Of a DNA stretch of 64,000 nucleotides, positions 10,404 through 21,346 are shown in pieces (position 1 is the stretch's first letter; each line of letters begins with the position of its first letter). The translations under genes and the position numbers were made by a program. The DNA is from Opitutales bacterium. Lineage in GTDB: Bacteria; Verrucomicrobiota; Verrucomicrobiia; Opitutales; PNEW01. The notes below the pieces were generated by a model. It saw only the letters and a list, made by a program, of their open reading frames with translations. It had not been told where the DNA came from and did no database searches. The stretch covers positions 1,993,305-2,057,304 of the forward strand of contig CBDCNV010000002.1 in assembly GCA_965219535.1 (NCBI GenBank). Reading direction: 5' to 3'.

Positions 10404-11498
10404 ATGACTCAGTGTTCTAAAGCTTACGATTTAGCATTGGCTCACATCCGTGAGATGGAAGGGTATGTACCGGGTGATCAGCCACAGGACAGTGGATGGG
10501 TAAAACTCAATACTAATGAGAACCCGTATCCACCGAGCCCAATGGTTGCAAAGGCAATTAGTGCTGAGCTAAATAATTTATCACTCTATCCAAATCCAGA
10601 GAGCATGCCTTTGAGAAATACGATAGCTGAGCGGTATGATTTGAATGTGGATCAGATAATTGTTGGAAATGGTTCTGATGATATACTTAATCTGCTCGTG
10701 CGCACATTTTGTGGTAAAAATGAGTTGGCGGGCACGATAATACCGAATTATACGCTCTATCCAGTACTAGCGGGAATTCAGGGGGGTAGTTTTTTCACCA
10801 TTCCCTACAATCGTGAATTTAGTCTTCCGATTGAGATTATTGCTGAATCCGCTGCCAATATATTTTTTCTCTCATCACCGAATACTCCAACCGGGGTTGC
10901 ACATACGAGTAAAGATATTGCTGATCTTCTGGAACGTTTTTCCGGCATCCTGGTCGTCGACGAGGCATACGCTGACTTTGCGGAAGAAACGATGGTAGGT
11001 CTCGTGAAGCAATACCGAAATCTTGTCATTACCCGCTCTTTATCCAAATCTTTTTCACTGGCAGGTTTGCGTGTCGGCTTCGCTTTTGCGGCTCCAGAGA
11101 TTATCAATCTTTTGGATCGTGTCCGCGATAGTTATAATGTTAATCGATTAAGTCAGGCTGGGGCGATGGCTGCACTCAAGGATGAATCTTATTATAAAGA
11201 GACGATCGCCAACGTAATTAAAACACGCGAATTTTGCGCTCAGGAATTAAAAAATCGCGCCTGGTTCTTTTTCCCCTCTCAGGCAAATTTTATATTTACT
11301 GAACCTGTCCATGGTGAAAAGAAAATTGGTCCAGAAGTGGCGCAATCTTTATATGAATTCCTGTACGCGCGAAAAATCCTCGTTCGTCTATTAAGCTCTA
11401 GTCCATTGACAGCCGGGTTTATACGTATAAGTATTGGCGACGAAAAACAGATGGAAATTCTTTTCGAAACAATCGATTCATGGCAGAAAATCGCATAG
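10404..11498 (+). CDS. hisC: Histidinol-phosphate aminotransferase
   Basis: 364 aa. [12 protein letters not shown] start block and PLP-lysine context [15 protein letters not shown]. Confidence 0.9.
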   Translation: MTQCSKAYDLALAHIREMEGYVPGDQPQDSGWVKLNTNENPYPPSPMVAKAISAELNNLSLYPNPESMPLRNTIAERYDLNVDQIIVGNGSDDILNLLVRTFCGKNELAGTIIPNYTLYPVLAGIQGGSFFTIPYNREFSLPIEIIAESAANIFFLSSPNTPTGVAHTSKDIADLLERFSGILVVDEAYADFAEETMVGLVKQYRNLVITRSLSKSFSLAGLRVGFAFAAPEIINLLDRVRDSYNVNRLSQAGAMAALKDESYYKETIANVIKTREFCAQELKNRAWFFFPSQANFIFTEPVHGEKKIGPEVAQSLYEFLYARKILVRLLSSSPLTAGFIRISIGDEKQMEILFETIDSWQKIA

Positions 11499-12079
11499 CT
11501 GAAATTCAGCGTGAGACAAAAGAGACACAGATCTCAATGAAATTAAACCTCGACGGTGAGGGAATTTCGACGATTGAGTCAGGCGTCCCTTTCTTTAATC
11601 ATATGTTGGAATTATTCACACGGCATGGGTTATTTGATCTGGAAATAAAAGCTCAAGGTGATCTTGATGTTGATTATCATCACATCGTTGAAGATATTGG
11701 AATCGTTCTCGGGCAAGCAGTTAAAGAAGCGGTGGGGGACAAACTGGGAATTAACCGCTATGGGTTTTTCTTGTTACCAATGGATGAAACCTTAGCATCG
11801 GTTATCCTTGACCTTGGTGGTCGGTCGGTTCTTGTCTATCGTGCTGAGACCCAGGAACGCTTTGTTCGCGATTTCAATATAGGACTCATTAAAGAGTTCT
11901 TCCAGGCTTTTGCCAATAACGCAGGAGCTAACTTACATGTAAATCTAGAATATGGCCAGGAGCCTCATCATATCGCAGAAGCGATCTTTAAAGGGTTCGG
12001 CCGAGCGCTGGATATTGCTACTCAAATCGATTTGCGCCAAGCAGACAAATTACCCTCGACCAAGGGGAGACTGGATTGA
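11480..12079 (+). CDS. hisB: Imidazoleglycerol-phosphate dehydratase (monofunctional, no phosphatase domain)
   Basis: 199 aa. [12 protein letters not shown]..., DxHHxxE and HHIAEA motifs. Overlaps the hisC end by 19 nt. Confidence 0.95.
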   Translation: MAENRIAEIQRETKETQISMKLNLDGEGISTIESGVPFFNHMLELFTRHGLFDLEIKAQGDLDVDYHHIVEDIGIVLGQAVKEAVGDKLGINRYGFFLLPMDETLASVILDLGGRSVLVYRAETQERFVRDFNIGLIKEFFQAFANNAGANLHVNLEYGQEPHHIAEAIFKGFGRALDIATQIDLRQADKLPSTKGRLD

Positions 12080-12196
12080 AATAGATTTTTGAATTAGGAA
12101 TTATGAATGTAGGCTAATAGAAAATGAAAAAGGTAGGAGAGATTGTTATACCTTTTAGCATTTTTACATTCTTGATTTAAATTCTTTGTTTACAAT

Positions 12197-12835
12197 ATGA
12201 GTGGAGTGAAACCAGTTTTGGTCGTCATTGACTATGGGATGGGCAATTTACGGAGCGTTGTTAAAGCTTGGGAGTATGTAGGTGCTGACGTACGATTGGT
12301 CAATAGACCTGATGATATCGGCGACGCGCGGGGGTTGATCTTTCCCGGTCAAGGTTGTATTGTCGATTGCATGAGCATGCTTCGCCAATCGGGTTTTGAT
12401 GAAACAATTACCGATTGGGTAACTGCAGATAAGCCTTTCTTCGGTATCTGTCTCGGGCTGCAAGCCCTTTTTGAATATTCGGAAGAAGGAGAGACAAAGG
12501 GGCTGGGATTGTTACCCGGGAAAGTGCTCCGTTTTCGTCTGGATCCTGAATATAAGGTTCCGCACATGGGTTGGAATGAGGTTAAATTTGTTCGCGATCT
12601 TCCGCCTAATACCGGTCTGCAGCTGGACGGTGATCAATTTTATTTCGTCCATAGCTACCATGTTGTCCCCAGCGATTCTGCGCTAATTTGGTGCGAAACT
12701 AACTATGGGGACCCATTTGTGAGTGGTATAGCGCGGGGAAACTGTTTTGCTACCCAGTTCCATCCGGAGAAAAGCCAGGCTAAAGGATTGCAGATTTATC
12801 GTAATTTTGTCGACTGGATCAAAATTAAACACTGA
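12197..12835 (+). CDS. hisH: Imidazole glycerol phosphate synthase, glutaminase subunit
   Basis: 212 aa. GATase triad context (GICLGLQ, FHPEKS). Confidence 0.95.
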   Translation: MSGVKPVLVVIDYGMGNLRSVVKAWEYVGADVRLVNRPDDIGDARGLIFPGQGCIVDCMSMLRQSGFDETITDWVTADKPFFGICLGLQALFEYSEEGETKGLGLLPGKVLRFRLDPEYKVPHMGWNEVKFVRDLPPNTGLQLDGDQFYFVHSYHVVPSDSALIWCETNYGDPFVSGIARGNCFATQFHPEKSQAKGLQIYRNFVDWIKIKH

Positions 12836-12873
12836 AATAGCTTTTAATAAAAGCAATTAGCTAAATTTAATTT

Positions 12874-13608
12874 GGGTCATGCCTAGAACAGAGGGTATCT
12901 TAAGCACATATTAAGGATGTTACGATGGAGGTTTTGATGACGATGGTTAAAGCGATATTCAGTTTCTTTGAGGTGCAGTTGGAAGGTCCTACGAGAAAGA
13001 CCTTTGAACTTAGCCAATCGAAGTTTAGCAAAAGCCCAAAAAGATTCAATCCCGTTAATGTGGGAGTGTCCCTGGGCAAACTCGTTGTCGTTGTGATTGA
13101 CACGGTAATGCTTCTTATAGCCCAGATCCACGAGGCCGTTGTAAGCACGCCACCCGTCAGAATAAAGCACACTGTCAAAAGTAACTCTCCCTTGGATCAC
13201 CGCATGCAGAGCGGCTCTGGAGACGTTGCGTACAACCTGGGTATAGACTTTCCCATTACGCTTGAGCAACCCGAAGACGGGCACTTTCTTGAATGCACCC
13301 CGACCTCTTTGCCCTGGAATTCTTTTGCCTCCAAAGTAGGACTCATCCATTTCCACCGACCCCCTAAAAGGCGAGGCCTGCGCACATTGCTGCAACAAAC
13401 GCTCCCGCAACAAGCGCAAATAACGGTTGACCGTGTTACGATTCAATCCTGTCAATTGGGCTATCTTCAACGCTTCCATATCCAAGCTAAAACACTTTAC
13501 TAACTGCCGAAATTTGGCCTCAGAAATTTTTGAACGATGTACATACTTATTTCTCATTTGTCTAGAATAGCTTACACATCTGATATGTGTCTATTCTAGG
13601 CATGACCC
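12874..13608 (-). mobile_element. IS1595-family insertion sequence (small, IS1016-like), 735 bp
   Basis: Terminal inverted repeats GGGTCATGCCTAGAA(C/T)AG at 12874 and, reverse-complemented, ending at 13608. Perfect 8-bp direct duplication TTTAATTT at 12866-12873 and 13609-13616. Single transposase ORF. Confidence 0.85.
12883..13557 (-). CDS. IS1595-family (ISXO2-like DDE) transposase
   Basis: 224 aa. N-terminal HTH-like region (IAQLTGLNRNTVNRYL), then VEMDESYFGG...DGWRAYN...HINGIESFW, typical of IS1595/ISXO2-like transposases. Confidence 0.85.
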   Translation of the reverse strand: MRNKYVHRSKISEAKFRQLVKCFSLDMEALKIAQLTGLNRNTVNRYLRLLRERLLQQCAQASPFRGSVEMDESYFGGKRIPGQRGRGAFKKVPVFGLLKRNGKVYTQVVRNVSRAALHAVIQGRVTFDSVLYSDGWRAYNGLVDLGYKKHYRVNHNDNEFAQGHSHINGIESFWAFAKLRLAKFKGLSRRTFQLHLKETEYRFNHRHQNLHRNILNMCLRYPLF

Positions 13609-13628
13609 TTTAATTTAAATCATTAAAA

Positions 13629-14924
13629 ATGCAAAAGGAAGATACTGCCTTATTCAGGCTAAATGAACAAAACTTCAATTTCCCTTTAATGGAAGGGACG
13701 GAGGGAGAAAAAGCTGTTGATATACGATCCTTACGTGGACAAAGCGGGTATATCGCTTATGATGACGGCTACCGCAATACCGGATCCTGTAGCGGGAAAA
13801 TTACATTTATCGATGGGGAAAAAGGTATCTTGCGTTACCGGGGATACCCGATTGAGCAACTGGCGATAAAATCCAGTTTTCTTGAGACGGCCTATCTCAT
13901 TATCTACGGTGAATTACCAAATGCGGAGCAAATACAATCCTTTCGAAATATCATCAGTGAAAATGCTAGTGTGCATGAGGGAATGCATCGATTTATCGAA
14001 GGGTTCCCCGTCGAATCACATCCGATGGCCATGCTTTCAGCTATGGTCAATTCGTTGGGCTGTTATTACCCTGAAATGGCAAGTAATAACCGGCAGCAGG
14101 ATTTAGAATACTTTGATGTTGCAGCCGCGCATGTAATTTCAAAAGCACGTACACTTGCTGCGATGTCGTATCGCATGAAAATTGGGCTCCCATTTATTCA
14201 CCCCAATACGGATCTATCTTATACCGGTAATTTTCTCCATATGATGTTTTCCGAACCAAATAAGGAATATCTTGTCAGTGATGAAGTCGTGAGCGCGCTC
14301 AACTTAATTTTTCTTCTTCATGCGGATCATGAGCAAAATTGTAGTACTTCTACAGTACGCATGGTCGGCTCGGGCGGTGCGAATCTTTTTGCTTCAATTT
14401 CAGCGGGCATAAACGCTTTATGGGGACCTTTACACGGGGGTGCGAATATGGCAGTCATTAAAATGCTGGAGCAAATTCGCAATGATGGAGATGATGGGTC
14501 ACGCTTTATTGAAAAGGCAAAAGCAGGTAGTAAAATTATGGGATTTGGCCATGCCGTCTATAAAAACTATGACCCGAGGGCGAAGATACTCGGTGAGGCG
14601 GCTGAGGGAGTAATGAAGAGTTTAGGTATCCAGGATCCTCTTCTTGATATCGCGCGCCATCTCGAAAAGGCTGCGCTGAGCGATGATTATTTTATTAAGC
14701 GAAAGCTATATCCCAATGTAGATTTTTATAGCGGTTTTATTCTTAGCGCGCTTGGGATTCCACTTGATTTCTTCACCGTGATTTTTGCTATTGGCAGAAT
14801 GCCTGGGTGGATAGCTAATTGGAAAGAAATGGCTGAGGAACCTAAAGCGAGTATCTACCGCCCTCGCCAGATTTACGTCGGTCCCAAAGAACGCGATTAT
14901 ATTCCCATTGAAGAGAGAGATTAG
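13629..14924 (+). CDS. gltA: Citrate synthase (type II)
   Basis: 431 aa. [12 protein letters not shown] and [14 protein letters not shown] catalytic blocks. Confidence 0.95.
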   Translation: MQKEDTALFRLNEQNFNFPLMEGTEGEKAVDIRSLRGQSGYIAYDDGYRNTGSCSGKITFIDGEKGILRYRGYPIEQLAIKSSFLETAYLIIYGELPNAEQIQSFRNIISENASVHEGMHRFIEGFPVESHPMAMLSAMVNSLGCYYPEMASNNRQQDLEYFDVAAAHVISKARTLAAMSYRMKIGLPFIHPNTDLSYTGNFLHMMFSEPNKEYLVSDEVVSALNLIFLLHADHEQNCSTSTVRMVGSGGANLFASISAGINALWGPLHGGANMAVIKMLEQIRNDGDDGSRFIEKAKAGSKIMGFGHAVYKNYDPRAKILGEAAEGVMKSLGIQDPLLDIARHLEKAALSDDYFIKRKLYPNVDFYSGFILSALGIPLDFFTVIFAIGRMPGWIANWKEMAEEPKASIYRPRQIYVGPKERDYIPIEERD

Positions 14925-15094
14925 GGGCGCAGAGGCTGTAGGGGAATAGGGTATTTTTAAAATAATTTGATAACTAAATCGGTAGCTATCGATTTGTAAT
15001 TGAAGCCTTGTTCAGCGCGATGGCTGTTGGCAGTCGAGTTATGAAGCTTGTTTCACTCGTCTTAACTCTGTCTTAACCGCTTGTCCGCGCGCCT

Positions 15095-15883
15095 TTATTT
15101 CTCCTCGGGTAAGATTCGTAGAATTTCTTCCAGACTTAATCCTGACAATTTTTTTAAACCGCTCAGAATTTTCCAAAACGCAATAAAAGAAATAACCGTA
15201 CAGGGGACGACGATAATCGGGTAGCTTAAAAGGGTCATCCGACCTATTTCTTCATTAAAGGCTTCGGTCCCTGATTCACTGTTGATGAGTATCTTGGCGA
15301 GAGCAAAATTGAGTATCGCACTTAATAGAAATGAAAGAGCGAGAAGAACGGTGATGTTGTTGAGAAGCCGGTTGAAAGATAGTAAATTGTTTCGAACTTT
15401 TATTTCCCATTCAACGGTCGCAATATTTATAATGTTTTCATTATAAATTAATGTCCGTACTAATGGATAGGGAGTTTTTAATGAAATAAGTATGGCAAGT
15501 CCAATAATTGAAGGCACCGCAGCTTCTTTTATCGCGATCCAATCTTTATCTAATTTCAATAAACCGATACCCCCGGTAAGGAGAATACTGATAAATCCCA
15601 GGATTGATAAAAAATTATATTTATGACGAAAAATGAGATCACTGAGACCATAACTTAGAGGAAAGAATAAAGCTATGATTAAGGCAATCGATGGTTGAAG
15701 ATTAAACCATTGACCCCCTTTCATTAGAATTAAAGCAGGTATAATGAAATTCAGCCCAAGATTGAGCCAAAAATTTTCACGTCGAGATTGCTTTTGGATT
15801 GGATTAAGAGATGGTCGTGCGTTATCTTCGGGATCTCCGTTTTTAATGTTTTCAATATCCATGGTGATAAAAGATTTCTGCAT
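15095..15883 (-). CDS. Hypothetical polytopic inner-membrane protein
   Basis: 262 aa with several hydrophobic helices. The true start may be the second Met (15862), because the annotated start lies 5 bp from the divergent coaB start. Confidence 0.5.
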   Translation of the reverse strand: MQKSFITMDIENIKNGDPEDNARPSLNPIQKQSRRENFWLNLGLNFIIPALILMKGGQWFNLQPSIALIIALFFPLSYGLSDLIFRHKYNFLSILGFISILLTGGIGLLKLDKDWIAIKEAAVPSIIGLAILISLKTPYPLVRTLIYNENIINIATVEWEIKVRNNLLSFNRLLNNITVLLALSFLLSAILNFALAKILINSESGTEAFNEEIGRMTLLSYPIIVVPCTVISFIAFWKILSGLKKLSGLSLEEILRILPEEK

Positions 15884-15888
15884 TTAAT

Positions 15889-16539
15889 ATGAAAGCAAGC
15901 AATATAAGTTGCCTGATATCTGCCGGGCCAACGCGTGAATTTTTCGATCCAGTACGATTTTTAAGCAATCCTTCGAGTGGAAAAATGGGGTATGCGATGG
16001 CTGAAGCAGCTATCAAACGTGGATGGAAGGTGGATCTCGTCAGCGGTCCGGTGTGCCTTACCTCGCCAGAAGGTGCTGTCGTGCATCCTGTAATTACGGG
16101 AGATGAAATGCTTAGAGAAATTGATTCCCTCTTTGACCAATGCCATATTCTGATCATGACCGCCGCGGTAATGGATTATCGACCACGAAGTTTTTCTCCA
16201 CATAAACTGAAGAAATCCGGTGATACAAGCACCGTAGAACTCGATCCGGTCGTCGATATCCTGAAAACTGTTGCCTCGCGAAAGAGCAATCAAATTGTCG
16301 TGGCCTTTGCAGCAGAAACAGAAAATCTGGAAGCAAATGCCAAAAAAAAACTAAAAGTGAAGAACGCAGATTTCATCATTGCTAATCATGTAGGTCAGGC
16401 GGGAACCGGTTTTGAGTCGGAAAATACTGAAGTGACTCTTATTTCTGCGCACGGGGAAAGTTATAATTTTGGTCCTGACAGTAAAAAGGCGATCGCAGAT
16501 ATTCTGATTGAACGCTTGGCACAGGAATTAACTACATAG
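15889..16539 (+). CDS. coaB: Phosphopantothenate-cysteine ligase (CoaB domain only)
   Basis: 216 aa. [32 protein letters not shown] matches the CoaB half of CoaBC. No flavoprotein (CoaC) domain upstream. Confidence 0.8.
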   Translation: MKASNISCLISAGPTREFFDPVRFLSNPSSGKMGYAMAEAAIKRGWKVDLVSGPVCLTSPEGAVVHPVITGDEMLREIDSLFDQCHILIMTAAVMDYRPRSFSPHKLKKSGDTSTVELDPVVDILKTVASRKSNQIVVAFAAETENLEANAKKKLKVKNADFIIANHVGQAGTGFESENTEVTLISAHGESYNFGPDSKKAIADILIERLAQELTT

Positions 16540-16596
16540 AGAAACTTGAATACTTTATCAGTGGTGAGAGTCATCAATACTTACAATTCATAGCAC

Positions 16597-17781
16597 ATGT
16601 CACCAACGACTAAACTGAGTGCATTGGAAAAAGTATTAGGCCGTCTAGACGACCTGGATTCGGTAAGCTTGTCTAATTTAGTTCAGCGATTAGCTCGCGA
16701 ACGAAGCCTCCTGGAGACTGTTTTTAATACAATTCGTGAAGGGATACTCGTTATCGATCAAAATGGCATTATTGAATACGCCAATGCCGCTGCCGGTAAA
16801 CTCATCGGTCTATCCCTGAAAGACCAGGGCCAGGCTGTCCTCTGGAAGCTTGTACCGGAACTAATTCGTACGCTTGATATTTCAAGCGACGGTGAATATC
16901 GAGCAGAATTAGTGGTAACTCGTGACCTGGAACTTAACTATCCGGAGACACGTTTTGTTCGTCTCTATATAATGCCGATTAAAAGTATAAATGATGACGA
17001 TTTGGTAAGTAAAAACTACGCTGTGATTATCTCAGACGTCACTGAATTACAGCTTTCAACTCGGGAGCAGATTGAGAATGAAAAAATTTCGTCCGTTATC
17101 ATGTTGGCTGCTGGTGTCGCTCATGAGTTAGGAAATCCTCTGAATTCACTTACCATCCACTTACAATTGATCAACAGGCAATTGGAGAAACTGAATAATT
17201 CAAATGAGAAAGAAAAAATCAAGAACCAGCTTGATGTATGTACAGGTGAATTAGAGCGTCTAGATGGAATCATTACGCACTTTTTGGAAGCCATTAGACC
17301 TTCCCCTCCAGACTTTCAGGATCTTGATCTTTTAAAAGCACTTGAGGAGGCCTTTGAATACCTCGGAGAGGAACTGAATGATGCGGGTATCAATGTGGAT
17401 ATTGAAGTATCTGATGATTTACCGGTCGTCATGGCAGACGGGAATCAGATTAAACAGGTTTTTTTCAATCTCATTACTAATGCGCGTGAATCAATGACGA
17501 GTGGTGGTACGATCAAAGTCCGAACACGTAGCGATGATGATTATGTATATATCCTAATTGGGGATTCAGGGGTGGGGATTAAAGAGGAAAACTTGAGCAA
17601 AGTATTCCAACCATATTTCACGACGAAGAAGAGTGGTCATGGATTAGGGATGATGATCGTACAACGAATAATGCGCGATCATGGTGGACAAATTGGTATC
17701 GATAGTCAGTCGGAGGTTGGTTCGGTGTTCACCTTGCAATTCCCTCAGAAGCATCGGCGCATTCGTCTACTCGAGAGTTGA
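16597..17781 (+). CDS. Cytoplasmic PAS sensor histidine kinase (NtrB-like)
   Basis: 394 aa with no TM segment. PAS-like N-terminus, H-box AAGVAHELGNPLN, N/G boxes (NLITNARES, DSGVGI, GHGLGM). Confidence 0.85.
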   Translation: MSPTTKLSALEKVLGRLDDLDSVSLSNLVQRLARERSLLETVFNTIREGILVIDQNGIIEYANAAAGKLIGLSLKDQGQAVLWKLVPELIRTLDISSDGEYRAELVVTRDLELNYPETRFVRLYIMPIKSINDDDLVSKNYAVIISDVTELQLSTREQIENEKISSVIMLAAGVAHELGNPLNSLTIHLQLINRQLEKLNNSNEKEKIKNQLDVCTGELERLDGIITHFLEAIRPSPPDFQDLDLLKALEEAFEYLGEELNDAGINVDIEVSDDLPVVMADGNQIKQVFFNLITNARESMTSGGTIKVRTRSDDDYVYILIGDSGVGIKEENLSKVFQPYFTTKKSGHGLGMMIVQRIMRDHGGQIGIDSQSEVGSVFTLQFPQKHRRIRLLES

Positions 17782-17902
17782 TCCGACTTTAGCCGTATTC
17801 ATGGCGATTAATCACTTGCGAAGTGGGACAAAATTACCCATTCTCAATACTTATTTCAGTTACCACCTGCTATTGCGTGAATTTCAACCTGACTGATTGA
17901 TT

Positions 17903-19270
17903 ATGCCGGCTTCCATTCTTATCGTAGATGATGAAAAACATACCCGTGAAGGGCTGCTTCAAGCGCTGGAGGATACTTTTGATGTTTATCTTGCATCCAG
18001 TGCAGATGAGGCCTTCAATCTGTTCGAAGCGGAAAAATTTGATATAGTTCTCACGGATTTAAAGATGGCTGGAAAATCCGGGTTAAAGGTCATTGATAAG
18101 GCAATAAGCCTGCCAGTAAAACCGGTCACCATAATGATGACAGCGTATGGCAATGTCGAAACGGCAGTAGAAGCGATGAAGCGAGGGGCTTTTGATTTTT
18201 TGACTAAACCCCTCAATTTGGAAAAATTAGAAATTTTAATAAAACGGGCACTAAGGTCTCGCGAATTGGAAGAAGAGAATATAGCATTGCACAGAAGACT
18301 CGACCGAAAGTATAGTTTCGAGGGAATTATTGGAAATTCGAAAGTATTACAGGATGTGATCGAGAAGGTAAAACTGGTTGCTCCTTCTAAAACCACGGTT
18401 CTCCTGGATGGGGAGACAGGAACCGGCAAGGAATTAATCGCGCAGGCGATACATCAGAATAGCGGTCGCGCGAGGCAACCGTTTATCGTTGCTCATTGCG
18501 CTGCATTACCCGCTAGCCTTCTTGAAAGTGAACTTTTTGGGCATGAAAAAGGAGCTTTTACCGGTGCAGTCGAGCGTCGAATAGGTCGTTTTGAAGCGTC
18601 ACAAGAGGGGACTCTCTTTCTCGATGAAATCGGCGATATCGATCAGTCGACGCAAGTAAAACTCCTGCGTTTTATCGAGTCTAAAACATTTGAACGATTG
18701 GGGAGTATCAAGCCCATTACAGTTAATGTTCGTCTTGTTGTAGCTACAAATCAAAAATTGGATGAACTCGTAAAAAAAGGTTTATTTCGTGAAGATTTAT
18801 ACTACCGGCTTAATGTCGTGTCTATCACCATGCCGCCCTTGCGCAATCGTCGAGAGGATATATCACTCCTCTTACAGCATAGTATTCAAAGGTTTAGCGA
18901 GGAAAACGAGGTGTCTCCAGTTAGAATAGATCCCTCTGCGATGAAGGTACTAGAACAATATGACTGGCCGGGAAATATACGCGAATTACGCAACTTTGCT
19001 GAAAATGTCGTCGTGATGAAGCGAGGGGGCAACGTCACTAAGTATGATCTAGAGCGGAAGTTTTTAAACGAAGGGGGGGACTTGAATTATGATGATGAGA
19101 TGATAAATCCCTTGTCGGTCGAAGAAAATGAAAAGCGATTATTGCGTAATGCCTTAGTGGAAGTCAGCGGTAACCGTACTAAAGCAGCGAAATTGTTGGG
19201 AATTAGCAGGCGCACCTTACACCGTAAGCTTCAGCAATGGCCAGAACTTGATATTGTCGATGAAGTGTAA
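17903..19270 (+). CDS. Sigma-54-dependent response regulator (NtrC family)
   Basis: Receiver domain (ILIVDDE...DLKMAG), AAA+ domain ([14 protein letters not shown] loop in [15 protein letters not shown]), C-terminal Fis-type HTH. ATG at 17903 preferred over the upstream TTG at 17897. Confidence 0.9.
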   Translation: MPASILIVDDEKHTREGLLQALEDTFDVYLASSADEAFNLFEAEKFDIVLTDLKMAGKSGLKVIDKAISLPVKPVTIMMTAYGNVETAVEAMKRGAFDFLTKPLNLEKLEILIKRALRSRELEEENIALHRRLDRKYSFEGIIGNSKVLQDVIEKVKLVAPSKTTVLLDGETGTGKELIAQAIHQNSGRARQPFIVAHCAALPASLLESELFGHEKGAFTGAVERRIGRFEASQEGTLFLDEIGDIDQSTQVKLLRFIESKTFERLGSIKPITVNVRLVVATNQKLDELVKKGLFREDLYYRLNVVSITMPPLRNRREDISLLLQHSIQRFSEENEVSPVRIDPSAMKVLEQYDWPGNIRELRNFAENVVVMKRGGNVTKYDLERKFLNEGGDLNYDDEMINPLSVEENEKRLLRNALVEVSGNRTKAAKLLGISRRTLHRKLQQWPELDIVDEV

Positions 19271-19392
19271 AAATGAGAGAGGTGGAATCATGTGGGTGCA
19301 GTTGTTAGATTTGAACTGTGCAGTCGGTATAAGAGTGAATATCACAGTGGCCAATAATTTTCTTTAAGCCCTACGGAAGACATTCCGAAGAG

Positions 19393-21204
19393 ATGGCAAA
19401 TTTTTATCAGCAAATAGTCTACTGGATCGATTTGGGTCTAGGAAAAAAAATAATCACCGTAGTGGCATTAGCAGCTATTACCGTTGTTTATTCATTTTAC
19501 CACGGTTATAAACGCTATAACGGGCCAGGGCATGAAGATGTTATAGAAATGGCGGTTCTCGGAAAACAACTATCCGAGGGGAAAGGATTTTCAACTTTGG
19601 TTGTATACCCACAAGCGGTTGCCGTTTTGGAAAGTAAACATGACGACTATATTTACAAAGAAAATCAATTGCATCCTGAACTCTATCAAGCGCCTCTTTA
19701 CCCATTAATTCTTGCAACTGGATTGAAAGTTATGGGGAAGTCTTACCGGAGAAATGTATGGAAAGATCCCGTATCTAAGGCGCGTGGAGTCTATCCTGCT
19801 TTTAACGGAGATTATTATCTTATCATTGTTAATGTTATTATTTTCTGGCTAGTTTGTTTGCTGACCTACTTTCTAGGTCGCCTCTTGTTTACCCCTACGG
19901 TGGGATTGCTGGCATATTTAGCTGTGCTCTTTTCATTAGGTCTTTGGGATAACATTCTGTCGGTATCAGGGGTGGTGGTGCTTATGGCTTTGTTATTATT
20001 ATTATTTATACTATGGAGCATTATTGAGCGCGCCCGTAGTGCCGAATCAGTTGAAGAGATAAGCAATATAAAACCTTGGTGCTTTCCCTTGATGGGATTC
20101 ATCCTGGCATTGCTCTTTCTAGCAGAATACACAGCGGGATTAGTCGGTATTGTTTTCATCGGTTACTGTTTAATATTTTTCCCTCGTGGAAAGCTATTAG
20201 CTCGATCTCTGGGCATTGCCGTTCTTATTTTTCTGCTCACGATTTCTTTGTGGGTATGGCGCAATATCGAGTGGACTGGTCATCCTCTGGCGCTGGCAGG
20301 ACAATACCTCAGCATGCGAGCAGGTGATTCGACCGCCGAACCGGATGAAATAAAAAGAAAATTTGATCATGAATTACCGCCTTTGAAGATTAAAAAGGTC
20401 ATTAATAAAGGTTTTAAGGGTATTGAAGTTAATTTAAAGGATCACATTTGGAAAGGTGGTGGCTATTTATTTTGTGCTTTTTTTCTAACGGGTTGTCTCT
20501 ATCGGTTTCGTCAGCGAACAACCAATGTTATGCGCTGGTGTGCATTCATAACGGTTTTTTCTCTCCTTTTATTTCAACCCTTTTTTAGTAGTGGCCTCGC
20601 TATAAGGTTGCCCGCTTATTATGTCACACCGTTGATTATTGTCTTTGGCTGCGGATTTTTTATGATCCTTTTGGAAAGTACTAAAAAGCGAGACCGTTGG
20701 GAAAAACTGTTGGTTATCGTACTGGTGCTGGTTTTTCACAGTTTACCCTTAGTGCATAATCTAAGTGAGCCACGAAGAGTTCCCTTTAAATACCCGCCTT
20801 ATATTCCATCCATCATGGCTTATACGCGTACTGATCTAAAAGTAAAGTTTCGCCCTGAATACGGATTTATGGCAGATATCCCAGCAGGTCTTGCCTGGTA
20901 TTCTCAACAGAAAGTCTGGGCAAAACCAAGTGATTATAGTGGTTTCGTAAATGTGTTTTTACGGCAGAATATAGGAGGACTTCTCTTATCACCCGCCATT
21001 CTTGACAAACCTTATTTCAGTAAACTTCTCCCTGCGGACGCCGAATTAACCGGGGGGATAGGGGAAACCCGACATTGGGGTGATATATATCACGGTTTAG
21101 AGCAGGGTAAGCTGCCAGAATACTTTCCCTTACAAATTCCATTGCGATTGGCCGTCAATATGTTTGTTCTAATTAACCCTCTTGCTACTCAGCGTTTTCG
21201 GTGA
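19393..21204 (+). CDS. Large polytopic membrane protein, possible GT-C-fold glycosyltransferase (ArnT/PMT-like)
   Basis: 603 aa with >10 predicted TM helices and an acidic motif in the first loop (GHEDVIEMA). Assignment rests on architecture only. Confidence 0.4.
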   Translation: MANFYQQIVYWIDLGLGKKIITVVALAAITVVYSFYHGYKRYNGPGHEDVIEMAVLGKQLSEGKGFSTLVVYPQAVAVLESKHDDYIYKENQLHPELYQAPLYPLILATGLKVMGKSYRRNVWKDPVSKARGVYPAFNGDYYLIIVNVIIFWLVCLLTYFLGRLLFTPTVGLLAYLAVLFSLGLWDNILSVSGVVVLMALLLLLFILWSIIERARSAESVEEISNIKPWCFPLMGFILALLFLAEYTAGLVGIVFIGYCLIFFPRGKLLARSLGIAVLIFLLTISLWVWRNIEWTGHPLALAGQYLSMRAGDSTAEPDEIKRKFDHELPPLKIKKVINKGFKGIEVNLKDHIWKGGGYLFCAFFLTGCLYRFRQRTTNVMRWCAFITVFSLLLFQPFFSSGLAIRLPAYYVTPLIIVFGCGFFMILLESTKKRDRWEKLLVIVLVLVFHSLPLVHNLSEPRRVPFKYPPYIPSIMAYTRTDLKVKFRPEYGFMADIPAGLAWYSQQKVWAKPSDYSGFVNVFLRQNIGGLLLSPAILDKPYFSKLLPADAELTGGIGETRHWGDIYHGLEQGKLPEYFPLQIPLRLAVNMFVLINPLATQRFR

Positions 21205-21290
21205 TTATTTTATTGACGCTAGGTGCTGGTTTTTAAGTAAATCAACGAGAGCTATCAATATTACCCCACATGAAACAACAGTCGTGATTT

Positions 21291-21319
21291 ATGAATAAAG
21301 TGGTAACTCTTATACCTCT
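21291..21319 (+). pseudogene. 5' 29 nt (start codon plus first signal-peptide codons) of the OMP gene, split off by IS3 copy 1
   Basis: atgaataaagtggtaactcttatacctct joins in frame to 22669 onward once the IS and one CTCT copy are removed. Confidence 0.8.
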
Positions 21320-21346
21320 TGATCGGACCCCGTTTTTCGTACCAAT

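Noticed and set aside
19348-19363. Sigma54-like element TGGCCAATAATTTTC upstream of the GT-C-like gene and next to the NtrC-type regulator.
   Set aside because: The -12 element reads TTTC instead of TTGC, and the -24 element reads TGGCC. This is too degenerate to call without a scoring matrix.
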